Positions 1-9,468 of a DNA stretch of 64,000 nucleotides are shown in pieces. Source of the stretch: Candidatus Omnitrophota bacterium (GTDB lineage: Bacteria; Omnitrophota; Omnitrophia; Omnitrophales; Aquincolibacteriaceae); contig DAOPYQ010000006.1 in NCBI GenBank assembly GCA_035352955.1, positions 90,456 to 154,455 on the forward strand. Reading direction: 5' to 3'. Position numbers and translations under genes: made by a program. Within the stretch, counting starts at the first letter, position 1, and each line of letters opens with the position of its first letter. Below the pieces are notes generated by a model. The model ran no database searches. It saw only the letters and a program-made list of their open reading frames with translations, and was not told the DNA's origin.

Positions 1-4
1 GGGC

Positions 5-2164
5 TTATTCGGCGTCTTCGAGGCGCGGGTCTATTTCGGATTTATGTTCTTGCCACCACTTTTTCGCGTCTTCCGGAAGTGCCTTGCCGGGGACGGTATA
101 TCCCGTTATTTTCTGAAATGAAGTGATCGCCTCTTGTGAGGTCAAGCCGTCAGGATCATTTGCCGCAATCTCCAAAAGAACTTCGGGAACCCCTTTCCAC
201 GGCCATTTTTTTAACATCGAAACGATGGATTTTCGGACGGCCGGGTCGGGATTTTTATAGAAATAAGTGATCATGAGCGTCAGGGACCGTTTTTCGAGGC
301 TTTTCGGATGAACTCGCAGGAAAGGTTCAAAGGCGACGGGGGGCGTTTCTTTCGGTTGAGCGGCAGTTATCGGTTTCCGGGCGAGGTTTTCGCCCGCGAT
401 TCCCCGGAGATAAGCCATGAGTGACGAGACTCCCAAGACCAGGAGCAGGGCGATAAGAACAAAGAAGATAAAGAATTTTAAGCCGCGGAAGAGCATTTCC
501 CAAAAGACAGACCGTTCGCGTTTGGGACTTACGGGGCGTGGAGAGGCTGCCGGTTCTTTTGGAACCTGCGGTGCGATCCCCCCCCATAGGTTTTCTTTCT
601 TTTTTTCAGGTTTGACGGGTCTTGGGGGAATTGGATCGGGAACTTTTGCGGACGGCGCCAATGGTTCCGGCGGTATCAGGGGGTCGGGTTTTTCCGAAGG
701 CGCTGTCTCCTGGGGGAGCGCGGCTTTTTTGACCGAACGCCAGGCTTCTTCGATTTTGGATAATCTGTCGTTTAAGGAGCTGGCTTGGGGACGGAATCCG
801 TCCGGGAGCACTGTTTGAAGATCCTGTTCATGCTCGAGCATGGCAGCGATCTGTTTTTTAAGAGATGCGAAGAGGCCGACGATGTCTGAAGAGTTATTTT
901 CCTTCGGTTCATTCAAAAGGCGCTCGACTTTTTCCATTTTCTTTACGATCTCGATCTCAAAAGCCTGGAGTATCTCGATCGCGGAATCGCGATGAGAGTC
1001 TTCATCAACTGGGAGGAACTTTGGTTCTTGAGGGGGCTCCGTTTTTTTTTCGTGCTCCGGTTGTGAAGGTTGCTTTTCAGGGCCGGGTACGGATTGCGGA
1101 GCGCTTTTTTGGGTCAGCTCCTTATGCTTTTCGGCCGCTTGATGAATGAGGAAGGAAAGATTTTGGCGCTGTTGTTTGGGGGTGGTCGAAGGCTTGGGTC
1201 GCCCAGTCTGGAAAGGTTGGGCCGTTTTACCAGGCCGGTTAGCGGGTTTTGACGGTTTTTCTTTCTCCGGCTCGACCTTGGGGGGCTTCGGTTGTGGATC
1301 AGTGTTTTTCCACGGAACGGTTGGGGGGCTTGATCTCGCGACCTCTGTTGAGGCTTGAGAGCCGGAATTTTGGGGCGGTACGATCTTTTCAACGTTCGGT
1401 GAATCGGAAAGTGCCGGAATCGGTGTCTCAGGTTTCTTCTCGTCCTTTTTAAAAAATTCCTGCGCCGTTTCGTTCCCGGTTGCAGGTGATCCTTCCGGTT
1501 TGGAAATTGGCGGTACGGGTTCCTGAGGGAGGGCGGGAGAGGGTGCTTCAGAACCCTCGACCTGAGGTTCTACCTTTTCCGGCGCCTTCGCTTGATCCGT
1601 GGCCCCCGGGATTTTCTCCGTGAATTCCTTCGGGGTCGGCACGTTTTTTTCGTTTTCGGTTTGTGAGAGTTCCTCCGGGCTGGGCGATACGGGTTCCTGA
1701 GCTACGGAAGGAGTGGGTTTGTTTCGTGTGGGAAGAGTTGTTGGATCGATTTTCAAGATCTCCCATATTTTTAAAAAACATTGTTCCATGAGAGCGACTC
1801 GCTGGGACCATGATTCTAGGGGGGGCGGCCAGATCGACATGATTTCCGTGGCCAGCTTGTTTGCTTCCGTCTTGATATTTTCAAGCTGCATTTCGAGATC
1901 CAGTACGGAAAAAGCGGCTGATTCAGGACGGTCGTCGCAAACGGATGCCAGATCATCCAGGTGGGCGATCATCCCGGAGAGAACGGCGCAACAATTGAGC
2001 CTGGCATCCGGCACGTCGATGCGGTCCGGCGTTTTCATGAAGGAAAGATTTTTCTTCAGGACCTGCAGCTGGGATTCTGCAAGGTCGGCTATTTCTGAGG
2101 TGCGGTTGTTTTCTTTTGCTGTCATGGATCCTTTGGAGTTTGAGCGTTTGTTCTCCGCGTTCAT
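5..2164 (-). CDS. hypothetical membrane-anchored protein with a ~400-aa proline-rich low-complexity linker; single TM helix near the C-terminus followed by a ~150-aa helical domain
   Basis: 719-aa intact ORF. Long PxxP/PEK-rich region, coiled-coil-like stretch, hydrophobic segment FFIFFVLIALLLVLGVSSLMAYL. No recognisable catalytic motif. Confidence 0.5.
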   Translation of the reverse strand: MNAENKRSNSKGSMTAKENNRTSEIADLAESQLQVLKKNLSFMKTPDRIDVPDARLNCCAVLSGMIAHLDDLASVCDDRPESAAFSVLDLEMQLENIKTEANKLATEIMSIWPPPLESWSQRVALMEQCFLKIWEILKIDPTTLPTRNKPTPSVAQEPVSPSPEELSQTENEKNVPTPKEFTEKIPGATDQAKAPEKVEPQVEGSEAPSPALPQEPVPPISKPEGSPATGNETAQEFFKKDEKKPETPIPALSDSPNVEKIVPPQNSGSQASTEVARSSPPTVPWKNTDPQPKPPKVEPEKEKPSKPANRPGKTAQPFQTGRPKPSTTPKQQRQNLSFLIHQAAEKHKELTQKSAPQSVPGPEKQPSQPEHEKKTEPPQEPKFLPVDEDSHRDSAIEILQAFEIEIVKKMEKVERLLNEPKENNSSDIVGLFASLKKQIAAMLEHEQDLQTVLPDGFRPQASSLNDRLSKIEEAWRSVKKAALPQETAPSEKPDPLIPPEPLAPSAKVPDPIPPRPVKPEKKKENLWGGIAPQVPKEPAASPRPVSPKRERSVFWEMLFRGLKFFIFFVLIALLLVLGVSSLMAYLRGIAGENLARKPITAAQPKETPPVAFEPFLRVHPKSLEKRSLTLMITYFYKNPDPAVRKSIVSMLKKWPWKGVPEVLLEIAANDPDGLTSQEAITSFQKITGYTVPGKALPEDAKKWWQEHKSEIDPRLEDAE

Positions 2165-2447
2165 GCTTGGACCGACGTTAGAGTATCGGTAAATAGAGGG
2201 GTTATATTTACAAATTCAAATCATGTAAAACCCCCAAAATCCAAAAGTTGGCATTGAGCGTCTCCGCTTTCTTGAGGTCTGAATGGCGCGGGATTCGAGA
2301 TTCCTGATAGGCAAAAAAGTTTTTTTGTTAAAAATGGTCGCTTTCGTAATTATTTTATTCGACAGGTTTCGAAGGCTTGTCTTAAAATCTTCCCGGCTTA
2401 AAAGCATTCCTAGCAGTCTTCGCCGAACTAAAGTATAATGAAAAACT

Positions 2448-4529
2448 ATGACCATTAGAGAAAATCCCGTCCAAGAGGGCCGGTGTCCCTGGTCCGAAGC
2501 TTCCGCTGACTCTGAGGCGGCGAAGTCTGCCCATGCCGCGATCTCGGGGTACGAGCGATTCCAGATCTACATAATCAAGCCCTCCAAATACGATGACGAG
2601 GGCTATATCATTCGCTATTGGAAGGGGGTCCTTCCCAGCAATACGCTTGCCTGCCTCTACGGGCTTACCGAGGATGTCCGGGAGCGGGGGGTCCTGGGCA
2701 GTCAGCTGAAGTGGAATATCGAGCTGATCGACGATTCAGTTCAGAGTGTCCCTTACCGGGAGATTTTCCGTAAGAGCCGTTGTAAAAAAACAAAAGTGCT
2801 CGTGGTTCTGGCCGGCGTCCAGACGAACCAGTTCGTTCGGGCGTCCGACCTGGCCTTGAAGTTCCGCAAGGCGGGGATTGATGTTTTGATCGGCGGGTTT
2901 CATGTGAGCGGTGTGCTATCGACGCTTCCGGATCTTACCCCGGAGCTTGTAACATTGAAAAACGCAGGTGTGACGATTGTTGCCGGGGAGGCCGAAGGCG
3001 GGCATTGGGAGAACCTGTTGCGGGACACGCTTCAGGATTCGTTGCAGCCGGTCTATAATTTTTTAAATGATTTACCCGATATCTCGTGCTCACCGTTCCC
3101 GCGGAGTCATCCCAAACTCAGGAAGCATTACTCGCTTCAGCATTTCGGCACGCTTGATTGCGGCCGGGGCTGTCCGTTCGGTTGCAGTTTTTGTACCGTG
3201 ATCAATGTGCAGGGCCGGCGCATGAGGTTTCGCGCGGCGGACCAGATCCTTGCGAAGATCCGCAGGGATTACCGCCGTGCCGGTATCACGCATTATTTTT
3301 TCACTGACGACAATTTTTGCCGCAACAAGAACTGGGAGGCGATCTTTGACGGGCTGATCGAGATGCGTGAAAAGGAAAAGATGCCCATTCTTTTCATGAT
3401 GCAGCTCGACACCCAGTCGCATCTTGTTCCCAATTTCGTCGATAAGGCGGCCCGTGCGGGATGCGCGCAGGTTTTTATCGGGATGGAGAGTTTGAATCAG
3501 GAGAACCTCAAGGCCGCGAAGAAGACCCAGAACGAGATCGAGAATTTCAAACACCTCGTGGATTCTTTTCAAAAAGCGGGGATCATTTGCCACCTGGCTT
3601 ATATCATCGGTTTTCCGCTCGATACGGTCGCCTCGGTCAAAAAAGATGTCGAACAGCTCATGACGCTCCATGCCGGACAGGCGTCTTTTTTTATGATGAC
3701 GCCGTTGCCCGGTTCCGTTGACTACAAAAACGTTCGTGAAAAACGCGTGCTTCTGGATGCGGATCTGAACAATTACGACACCTTCCACGAAACGCACCGT
3801 CATCCCCGGATGAAACCGGGCGAGTGGCAGCGGGCTTACGAGGAGGCGTGGAAAAGTTTTTATAATATCGAGAACATGAAAACGATCATGCGGTTCGCGA
3901 GACCTGACAACTACTGGGGCATTTTCTTTAACTTTGTCTGGTACAAGAACTCGATTCAGGTGGAAGGGGGACACCCGATGCTTCACGGATTCGTCCGTTT
4001 CAAGCCGCGCCTTGACCGCCGGACCGGGTACCCCGTGGACGGGCGGTGGAAACATTTTAGACGCAGGGTTGTTGAGGTCCGGGATGAAGTGGTCGGGTGG
4101 TTTCGGTTGTCTCTTGAGCTTGAGGAAGTCTGGCTGGCAACGCGGAAACGCCGTCCTCTCGAGGAAAAGGTTATCGCCGAATTGGCCCGGATCACTCAGA
4201 GCGTAAAAGAATGGCGTGACCTGCGTATCTCCGAGCTTCAGGAGCTTTATAAAAAAGCCGCCGAGGCCCTTTCTAGAAAAGGGACTGAAAAGATCCGCGT
4301 GCCGTCTCGGATCCAGCTCTGGTTTCTTAAGGGAAATCTTTTTTATGATAAATTGACGTTCACCCGGGTGCCGATGCGGCGGTTTTGGCAACAGGCGCGC
4401 ACTTACTTTAAACAGGGCAAGATCTTTAAAGTTGATTACTTCCGGCTCGTACGGACCTGGCTTGAGGAAGCGTTCCTTTTTCTGCGCTTCCTCCGTTCTC
4501 TTGTCAAATCTGACACGTTCCTGACCTGA
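2448..4529 (+). CDS. B12-binding domain / radical SAM / DUF4070-type enzyme (class B radical SAM), paralog 1
   Basis: 693 aa. N-terminal Rossmann-like B12-binding region. Radical SAM motif CGRGCPFGCSFC (CxxxCxxC). Long C-terminal extension typical of DUF4070-containing B12-rSAMs. Confidence 0.8.
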   Translation: MTIRENPVQEGRCPWSEASADSEAAKSAHAAISGYERFQIYIIKPSKYDDEGYIIRYWKGVLPSNTLACLYGLTEDVRERGVLGSQLKWNIELIDDSVQSVPYREIFRKSRCKKTKVLVVLAGVQTNQFVRASDLALKFRKAGIDVLIGGFHVSGVLSTLPDLTPELVTLKNAGVTIVAGEAEGGHWENLLRDTLQDSLQPVYNFLNDLPDISCSPFPRSHPKLRKHYSLQHFGTLDCGRGCPFGCSFCTVINVQGRRMRFRAADQILAKIRRDYRRAGITHYFFTDDNFCRNKNWEAIFDGLIEMREKEKMPILFMMQLDTQSHLVPNFVDKAARAGCAQVFIGMESLNQENLKAAKKTQNEIENFKHLVDSFQKAGIICHLAYIIGFPLDTVASVKKDVEQLMTLHAGQASFFMMTPLPGSVDYKNVREKRVLLDADLNNYDTFHETHRHPRMKPGEWQRAYEEAWKSFYNIENMKTIMRFARPDNYWGIFFNFVWYKNSIQVEGGHPMLHGFVRFKPRLDRRTGYPVDGRWKHFRRRVVEVRDEVVGWFRLSLELEEVWLATRKRRPLEEKVIAELARITQSVKEWRDLRISELQELYKKAAEALSRKGTEKIRVPSRIQLWFLKGNLFYDKLTFTRVPMRRFWQQARTYFKQGKIFKVDYFRLVRTWLEEAFLFLRFLRSLVKSDTFLT

Positions 4530-4562
4530 AGACAGGTCCGGTAAAAGAAAGCGACGATCCTC

Positions 4563-6173
4563 GTGAAGGTTTATCTGATCCACCCAAAATTTGAACCGAC
4601 GATCTGGTCCTTCGAAGGTCTCCAACCGTTCACTGGGACGCGTTTTTCCACGACGCCGCTGGGGCTGGCTACCGTGGCGGCCCTGACCCCGGTATCGTGG
4701 GAAGTCGAGATCGCCGATGAGAACGTGGAAGCGATCAATTTTGAGACGGACGCCGACTTGATCGCGATCGGGGTTTTTAATGTGCAGTACCGCCGTGCGC
4801 TCGAGATCGCCGCGGAATTCCAAAAACGCGGTAAAAAAATCGCGTTCGGCGGTCCCTACAACAGTCTTTTCCCGGAAGCTTTTGAAGGGAAAGGTGATCA
4901 CCGGATCGTCGGTGAGGCCGAAGAGATCTGGCCGGAGTTCCTGAACGACTTTGAAGCTGGGAAAGCCCGCGAATGTTATACGGCGCGAAAAGAAAAGGTC
5001 GATATCCGCAAAAGTCCCGTTCCGCGTTACGACCTGATCCATGGCGATCGCTACAATATGTTTTCCCTTCAGACGAGCCGCGGTTGTCCGTTCAACTGCG
5101 AATTCTGCGATATCATTATCATGGACGGCCGCGTGCCGCGCACCAAGACGGTCCAGCAGGTCATTGACGAAGTCGACCATTGCGTGAAACAGGGAGCGCA
5201 CTATATTGTTTTTGGGGATGCCAATTTTATCGGGAACTTGCCGTTTGCCCGCGAGATGTTGAAAGGATTGGCGGAGTATTCGAAGAAGAACGGTTATCCG
5301 ATCGAGTTCTCTTGCGAGCTGACGATCAACGTGGCGCATCATCCGGATATTCTCGAGTTACTCCAGGCCGCGAATTTTTATTCCGTATTCGTCGGGATCG
5401 AATCGCCTCGCAAGACAAGTCTTCTGGAGTCGGGAAAGTCCCAGAACACCCGTGAGAACGTTCTCGAAGACATCAAACGTATCCAGTCTTACCACATTTC
5501 CGTCGTGGCCGGAATGATCGTGGGATTTGATTCCGACGACAAGCAGATCTTCAAGGAGCAGTACGATTTTCTCGAGGAGCTCGGGATTCCTTTTACCACC
5601 TGCGGGACGCTGATGGCGCTTCCGAAGACACCGCTTGCGAAGCGTCTTGAGGCCGAAGGCCGTTTGCTGGACAGTGAATGGACCGAGATGAACGGGCATG
5701 GTGCGTCCGACTGCAATTTTGTACCGAAGCACATGACGGTGGAGGAGATCCGCCGGGGGTACAACTGGCTGAGCCGTTGCCTTTACCGGTACGACAGCTA
5801 CGCAGACCGGCTTGTGACAGCGCTCAATCGTTTCCAGAACCGTAATAAAGAACACAAACGGGCCAATTTGGATTTCAAGTTTCTAGGGGTTTTGACGAAG
5901 GTTATCCTATATTACGTTTTTACCTTTGATAAAAAACGCCGTGATTTTTTTCTTAAAACATTTTTGCGCGTGGCGACCGGCGGGCCTTTTTCGGTGGGAA
6001 AATGGCTGGAATTTTTCCGGTGGATTGCGACGCACCGCGCTTTCCGGAAGTACGTGACCGAGACGCAGGGGGATCCAGAAGACATGAATCCCGCGGAGCC
6101 GCCGTTTCCGGTCGATGCGGCCAAAGAGGATCCCGATTCGATGCCGGACAAAGAACTGGTTTTGAACCCCTAA
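4563..6173 (+). CDS. B12-binding domain / radical SAM / DUF4070-type enzyme, paralog 2
   Basis: 536 aa. B12-binding N-terminus. CxxxCxxC motif SRGCPFNCEFC. Same architecture as the upstream gene. 34-nt gap from it. Confidence 0.8.
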   Translation: MKVYLIHPKFEPTIWSFEGLQPFTGTRFSTTPLGLATVAALTPVSWEVEIADENVEAINFETDADLIAIGVFNVQYRRALEIAAEFQKRGKKIAFGGPYNSLFPEAFEGKGDHRIVGEAEEIWPEFLNDFEAGKARECYTARKEKVDIRKSPVPRYDLIHGDRYNMFSLQTSRGCPFNCEFCDIIIMDGRVPRTKTVQQVIDEVDHCVKQGAHYIVFGDANFIGNLPFAREMLKGLAEYSKKNGYPIEFSCELTINVAHHPDILELLQAANFYSVFVGIESPRKTSLLESGKSQNTRENVLEDIKRIQSYHISVVAGMIVGFDSDDKQIFKEQYDFLEELGIPFTTCGTLMALPKTPLAKRLEAEGRLLDSEWTEMNGHGASDCNFVPKHMTVEEIRRGYNWLSRCLYRYDSYADRLVTALNRFQNRNKEHKRANLDFKFLGVLTKVILYYVFTFDKKRRDFFLKTFLRVATGGPFSVGKWLEFFRWIATHRAFRKYVTETQGDPEDMNPAEPPFPVDAAKEDPDSMPDKELVLNP

Positions 6174-6176
6174 ATC

Positions 6177-6818
6177 ATGCGACTAATACCTTTCGACGAA
6201 CGAGTCTGGCCCGGAGCGATACTTCTCGGGGTACTGATCCTTGGGGCCCTTTTCTTCAACCTCAGAATCCTTGTTCCCGTATTTGGAGTCCTGCTGGTCG
6301 CGCATTTTCTCTTTTTTCGCGATCCCGTTCGAACATCGGAGGGGGAGGGTCTCTTCGCCCCGGCTGATGGGAAGGTCATAGGGATCGACGAGGTTTTTGA
6401 GGATAAATTTCTACACGAAAAAGCGATCCGTATTCGCATTTTTCTTTCGGTTTTTGACGTGCACGTGACCCGTTCGCCGCTTGCGGGCGTTGTGAAGTAC
6501 CAATACTATGTGAAGGGGAAGTTTTTCAACGCTCTCCGGAAACTTGCATTCGAGTACAACGAATCAAATTGGATCGGGATCGAGAACCATGAACGCCGTG
6601 TGCTGATCCGCCAGATGACCGGGGCAATCGCACGGCGCATTTACTCCGATGTCAAAATTGGCCAGGTGGTCGGACGAGGCGAGAAGGTCGGAATGATCTG
6701 CTACGGTTCCGGCGTCGAGTTTTTCATTCCCCAAAGGTCGTTTCAACCGGGCGTTTCCGTCGGGCAGCATGTTGCGGCGGGGATGACCGTTCTGGGACAG
6801 TGGACTAATGGACATTAA
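6177..6818 (+). CDS. psd: phosphatidylserine decarboxylase family protein (short, archaeal-type proenzyme)
   Basis: 213 aa. N-terminal TM helices, conserved FLSVFDVHVTRSP and GSG autocleavage-like motif. Starts 4 nt after rSAM-2 stop. Confidence 0.7.
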   Translation: MRLIPFDERVWPGAILLGVLILGALFFNLRILVPVFGVLLVAHFLFFRDPVRTSEGEGLFAPADGKVIGIDEVFEDKFLHEKAIRIRIFLSVFDVHVTRSPLAGVVKYQYYVKGKFFNALRKLAFEYNESNWIGIENHERRVLIRQMTGAIARRIYSDVKIGQVVGRGEKVGMICYGSGVEFFIPQRSFQPGVSVGQHVAAGMTVLGQWTNGH

Positions 6819-7563
6819 GCCCAAGAACACGAAAAGCCGTTTTTATTTTGCGACAGCTGCTTTCCCGAACATGATCACGATGCTCAATTTGATCTCGGGA
6901 TTCTTCTCGATCCTCATGAGCATCAACGGAAAGTATGAGTTTGCTGCGTGGCTCGTGCTTCTGGCGCTCGTTCTTGATTCTTTTGACGGTCACGTGGCGC
7001 GTATCTTTGGGAATGAAACGATCTTCGGACGGGAGCTTGATTCGCTTTCGGACGCGGTCTCCTTTGTGCTGGCGCCTTGCGTTTTTGTGGCGATGCTGTT
7101 CACCCCGAAGCTTTCCATGGTGATGCTCCTTGTGATTCTTCTTTACCTCTGCTCCGGGATCTTCCGTCTGGCCCGGTTTAATGTGAACCCCACGACAGCC
7201 GGGGGAGCGTTCGAAGGATTGCCCACGCCTGCCGCGGCTTTGACGCTTCTCATGACCCTGGTGGCATTCCATAAGAATCACTGGGAATCACACACTTCCT
7301 ATTGCCTGGTATTGATGACGGCACTGGCTTTCCTGATGAGCAGCGATATTCCGTATCCCAAGATTTCGGCGATCAAATTTCGCAGTTGGCGGACGCTTTT
7401 TGTCGTGCAGCTTACGCTTTTGATCCTGACTTACGTTTATCTGAACATTGAAAGCGCCATTGCGATCGTTTTTCTGGCGTTCCTGATCCTGTCGCCGTTT
7501 TATTGCATGGTGCTCAGCGATCAAGGCTCGTCCGCGGCGAACGGCGAGAAAGAGGAATCTTGA
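6808..7563 (+). CDS. pssA: CDP-alcohol phosphatidyltransferase (CDP-diacylglycerol--serine O-phosphatidyltransferase-like)
   Basis: 251 aa polytopic membrane protein with the CDP-OH transferase motif DSFDGHVAR...G..LDSLSD. Overlaps psd by 11 nt. Confidence 0.75.
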   Translation: MDIKPKNTKSRFYFATAAFPNMITMLNLISGFFSILMSINGKYEFAAWLVLLALVLDSFDGHVARIFGNETIFGRELDSLSDAVSFVLAPCVFVAMLFTPKLSMVMLLVILLYLCSGIFRLARFNVNPTTAGGAFEGLPTPAAALTLLMTLVAFHKNHWESHTSYCLVLMTALAFLMSSDIPYPKISAIKFRSWRTLFVVQLTLLILTYVYLNIESAIAIVFLAFLILSPFYCMVLSDQGSSAANGEKEES

Positions 7564-7564
7564 A

Positions 7565-8179
7565 ATGCTGTTCGGGATCCTTGCCGGATTTTTAGGATCA
7601 AGCCTGGGGTGGCAGATCAATCTCATCGCGATCAATCGCGGGTTGAGACGTGGCCGGATGGCGGCATTTCTTGTCGGGTTCGGTTCGGTGGCAGCCGACA
7701 TGATTTTTCTCTATGTCGGTCTTGCCGGGGCGGCGCCCCTTTTGATGCATCCGGACTGGTGGAGGATCATTCGCTGGGTCGGGATCGTCGTTCTTTTTTC
7801 GCTGGCGGCGCGGACGTTGCTGGCGCACGGGAAATCACGTCCGGAGATCGAGGAAGTCGAGAAGAGGAACCCGACCAAAAATTTTCTTGTGGGGTTTCTT
7901 GTCGTGATGACGAATCCGGCCGTTTTTCTGCTTTGGATGGGCGTGGTGAGCTTCTTTATGGCCCATTTCCCGGAGATGAGGCAGCCGTGGGCCAAGGAGT
8001 TTTTTCTCGCTGGATATCCGATCGGGGCGGGGATGTGGTTTGGCCCGCTGGCGTTTATTTTTCTTAAAAGATTGAGCCGTTGGGGCGAGAGAAATTCCGG
8101 CGTTACTTCCAAGCTTTCGGCGGCGTTATTGATCCTTGTGGCTCTTTTTTTGATCTTTGAGAAGTTTAAAATATCTTAA
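7565..8179 (+). CDS. LysE/RhtB-family small membrane protein (translocator fold)
   Basis: 204 aa, 5-6 predicted TM helices, LysE-like N-terminal region. Start 2 nt after pssA stop. Confidence 0.5.
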   Translation: MLFGILAGFLGSSLGWQINLIAINRGLRRGRMAAFLVGFGSVAADMIFLYVGLAGAAPLLMHPDWWRIIRWVGIVVLFSLAARTLLAHGKSRPEIEEVEKRNPTKNFLVGFLVVMTNPAVFLLWMGVVSFFMAHFPEMRQPWAKEFFLAGYPIGAGMWFGPLAFIFLKRLSRWGERNSGVTSKLSAALLILVALFLIFEKFKIS

Positions 8180-8245
8180 GGTTCGGTTTGCTATAGGGAA
8201 AACGCCGCGGAGACCGAGGGGGACCTTTTTTTTGAAAATCTCTGG

Positions 8246-8274
8246 TTGCCTTGGCATAGATGTTTTGGTATATT
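8246..8274 (+). promoter_or_regulatory. sigma70-like promoter TTGCCT-17 nt-TATATT upstream of the glycogen cluster
   Basis: Read directly: TTGCCT (8246-8251), 17-nt spacer, TATATT (8269-8274) in a 195-nt intergenic region. Confidence 0.45.
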
Positions 8275-8425
8275 GACATCACTTTCCGTTATATTCGTTT
8301 CTTCTGAAAACTGCTGGATTCGATTTTATCGTTGTCTTTATTTAGTTTATTCTCGCACATGCTAGCATTACGAAGTGTTGTCGTTATTTTTGGAAGAGGT
8401 TGTTCTAAAACGGAGAGATTGGGAA

Positions 8426-9466
8426 ATGGGATTGTTTTCACGGAAAAAGAAAACGACCAAAAGTAAAAAAGAAGCGCCCGCTAAAAAGGCGGCTGCGTCT
8501 CAGCCGAGACGTACGAACGGCGCACGCAAAGTTGCCAGCCGTTACCCCAAGGCAGTCCCGCAGGTCCAACCTAATGCCCCGATGGCCGAGAGGCTTGAAA
8601 TTCCTCCGCTTCCTGAAGAGTCGGTGTGCCCCAAAGCCGAAACTCGTTCCGTGGAAATGCCTCGTGAGTTGCCCGACAATTACGGTGATAACCAGATTTA
8701 TTTGCTCGTCCGCGATCCTTACTGGGTTTACTCTTATTGGGAGATCCAGCACGATCATCAGATGAAGAATCTCGCTAAACTTGGCGGGAGTTGGGATTCG
8801 GTTGTTTCCGTGTTGCGCGTTTATGACATTACGGACTCGAAAAAAGCGGCGCCTTTTTTCGATATCGTTCTCCAGAACATGGTCAAGGCCTGGTACCTAA
8901 ACGTCCAACCCAATCACAGCTATGTTGTCGAGCTCGGACTGCTTCACAAGGATGGCCGTTTCATTTGCCTCGCACGTTCGAATGAAGTGACTACACCGCG
9001 GTCGGGGATGTCCGAGGTGATCGACGACCAGTGGATGTCGGTCGATTTTGAAAAAATGTACGCGCTTTCGGGCGGTTTTCAGGTTGGCAAGAGTTCCGCC
9101 GAGCTTCGTAAAATGATGGAGGAACGCCTTAGAGGCGCCATTACCTCGGGTTCCGGTGCCGGGGCCATATCGAGCATGGCCAGTCCCGTGAGGATCAAGC
9201 AGCGCGGGTTTCATTTCTGGCTTGAGTGTGAATTGATCATTTACGGTGGTACTGAACCGGATGCCAAGGTGACGATGCAGGGACGGCCGGTTCAGCTTCG
9301 TCCGGACGGGACATTTACGTTCCGTTACGCGCTTCCTGACGGAAAATTTGTTTTTGATTGTCACGCCGAATCCGCGGACGGCATCGAGGAGAGGGTCATT
9401 ACCCCGATCGTCAGCCGGAACACCGAAAGGCCCGCTCCTGTTTTTAAGGCAGGAAAGAAAAGCTAG
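8426..9466 (+). CDS. DUF4912-like protein (glycogen-cluster associated)
   Basis: Start chosen at ATG 8426, preceded by GGAGAG. K/A-rich N-terminus then a globular domain. Positioned immediately upstream of the GH57 enzyme, as is typical for DUF4912. Confidence 0.6.
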   Translation: MGLFSRKKKTTKSKKEAPAKKAAASQPRRTNGARKVASRYPKAVPQVQPNAPMAERLEIPPLPEESVCPKAETRSVEMPRELPDNYGDNQIYLLVRDPYWVYSYWEIQHDHQMKNLAKLGGSWDSVVSVLRVYDITDSKKAAPFFDIVLQNMVKAWYLNVQPNHSYVVELGLLHKDGRFICLARSNEVTTPRSGMSEVIDDQWMSVDFEKMYALSGGFQVGKSSAELRKMMEERLRGAITSGSGAGAISSMASPVRIKQRGFHFWLECELIIYGGTEPDAKVTMQGRPVQLRPDGTFTFRYALPDGKFVFDCHAESADGIEERVITPIVSRNTERPAPVFKAGKKS

Positions 9467-9468
9467 CG

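Noticed and set aside
3090-5342. 750-aa minus-strand ORF antisense to the two radical SAM genes
   Set aside because: Shadow ORF in GC-rich DNA. The plus-strand genes carry clear B12/radical-SAM motifs and operon structure. The antisense translation is Arg/Pro-rich low-complexity with no motifs.
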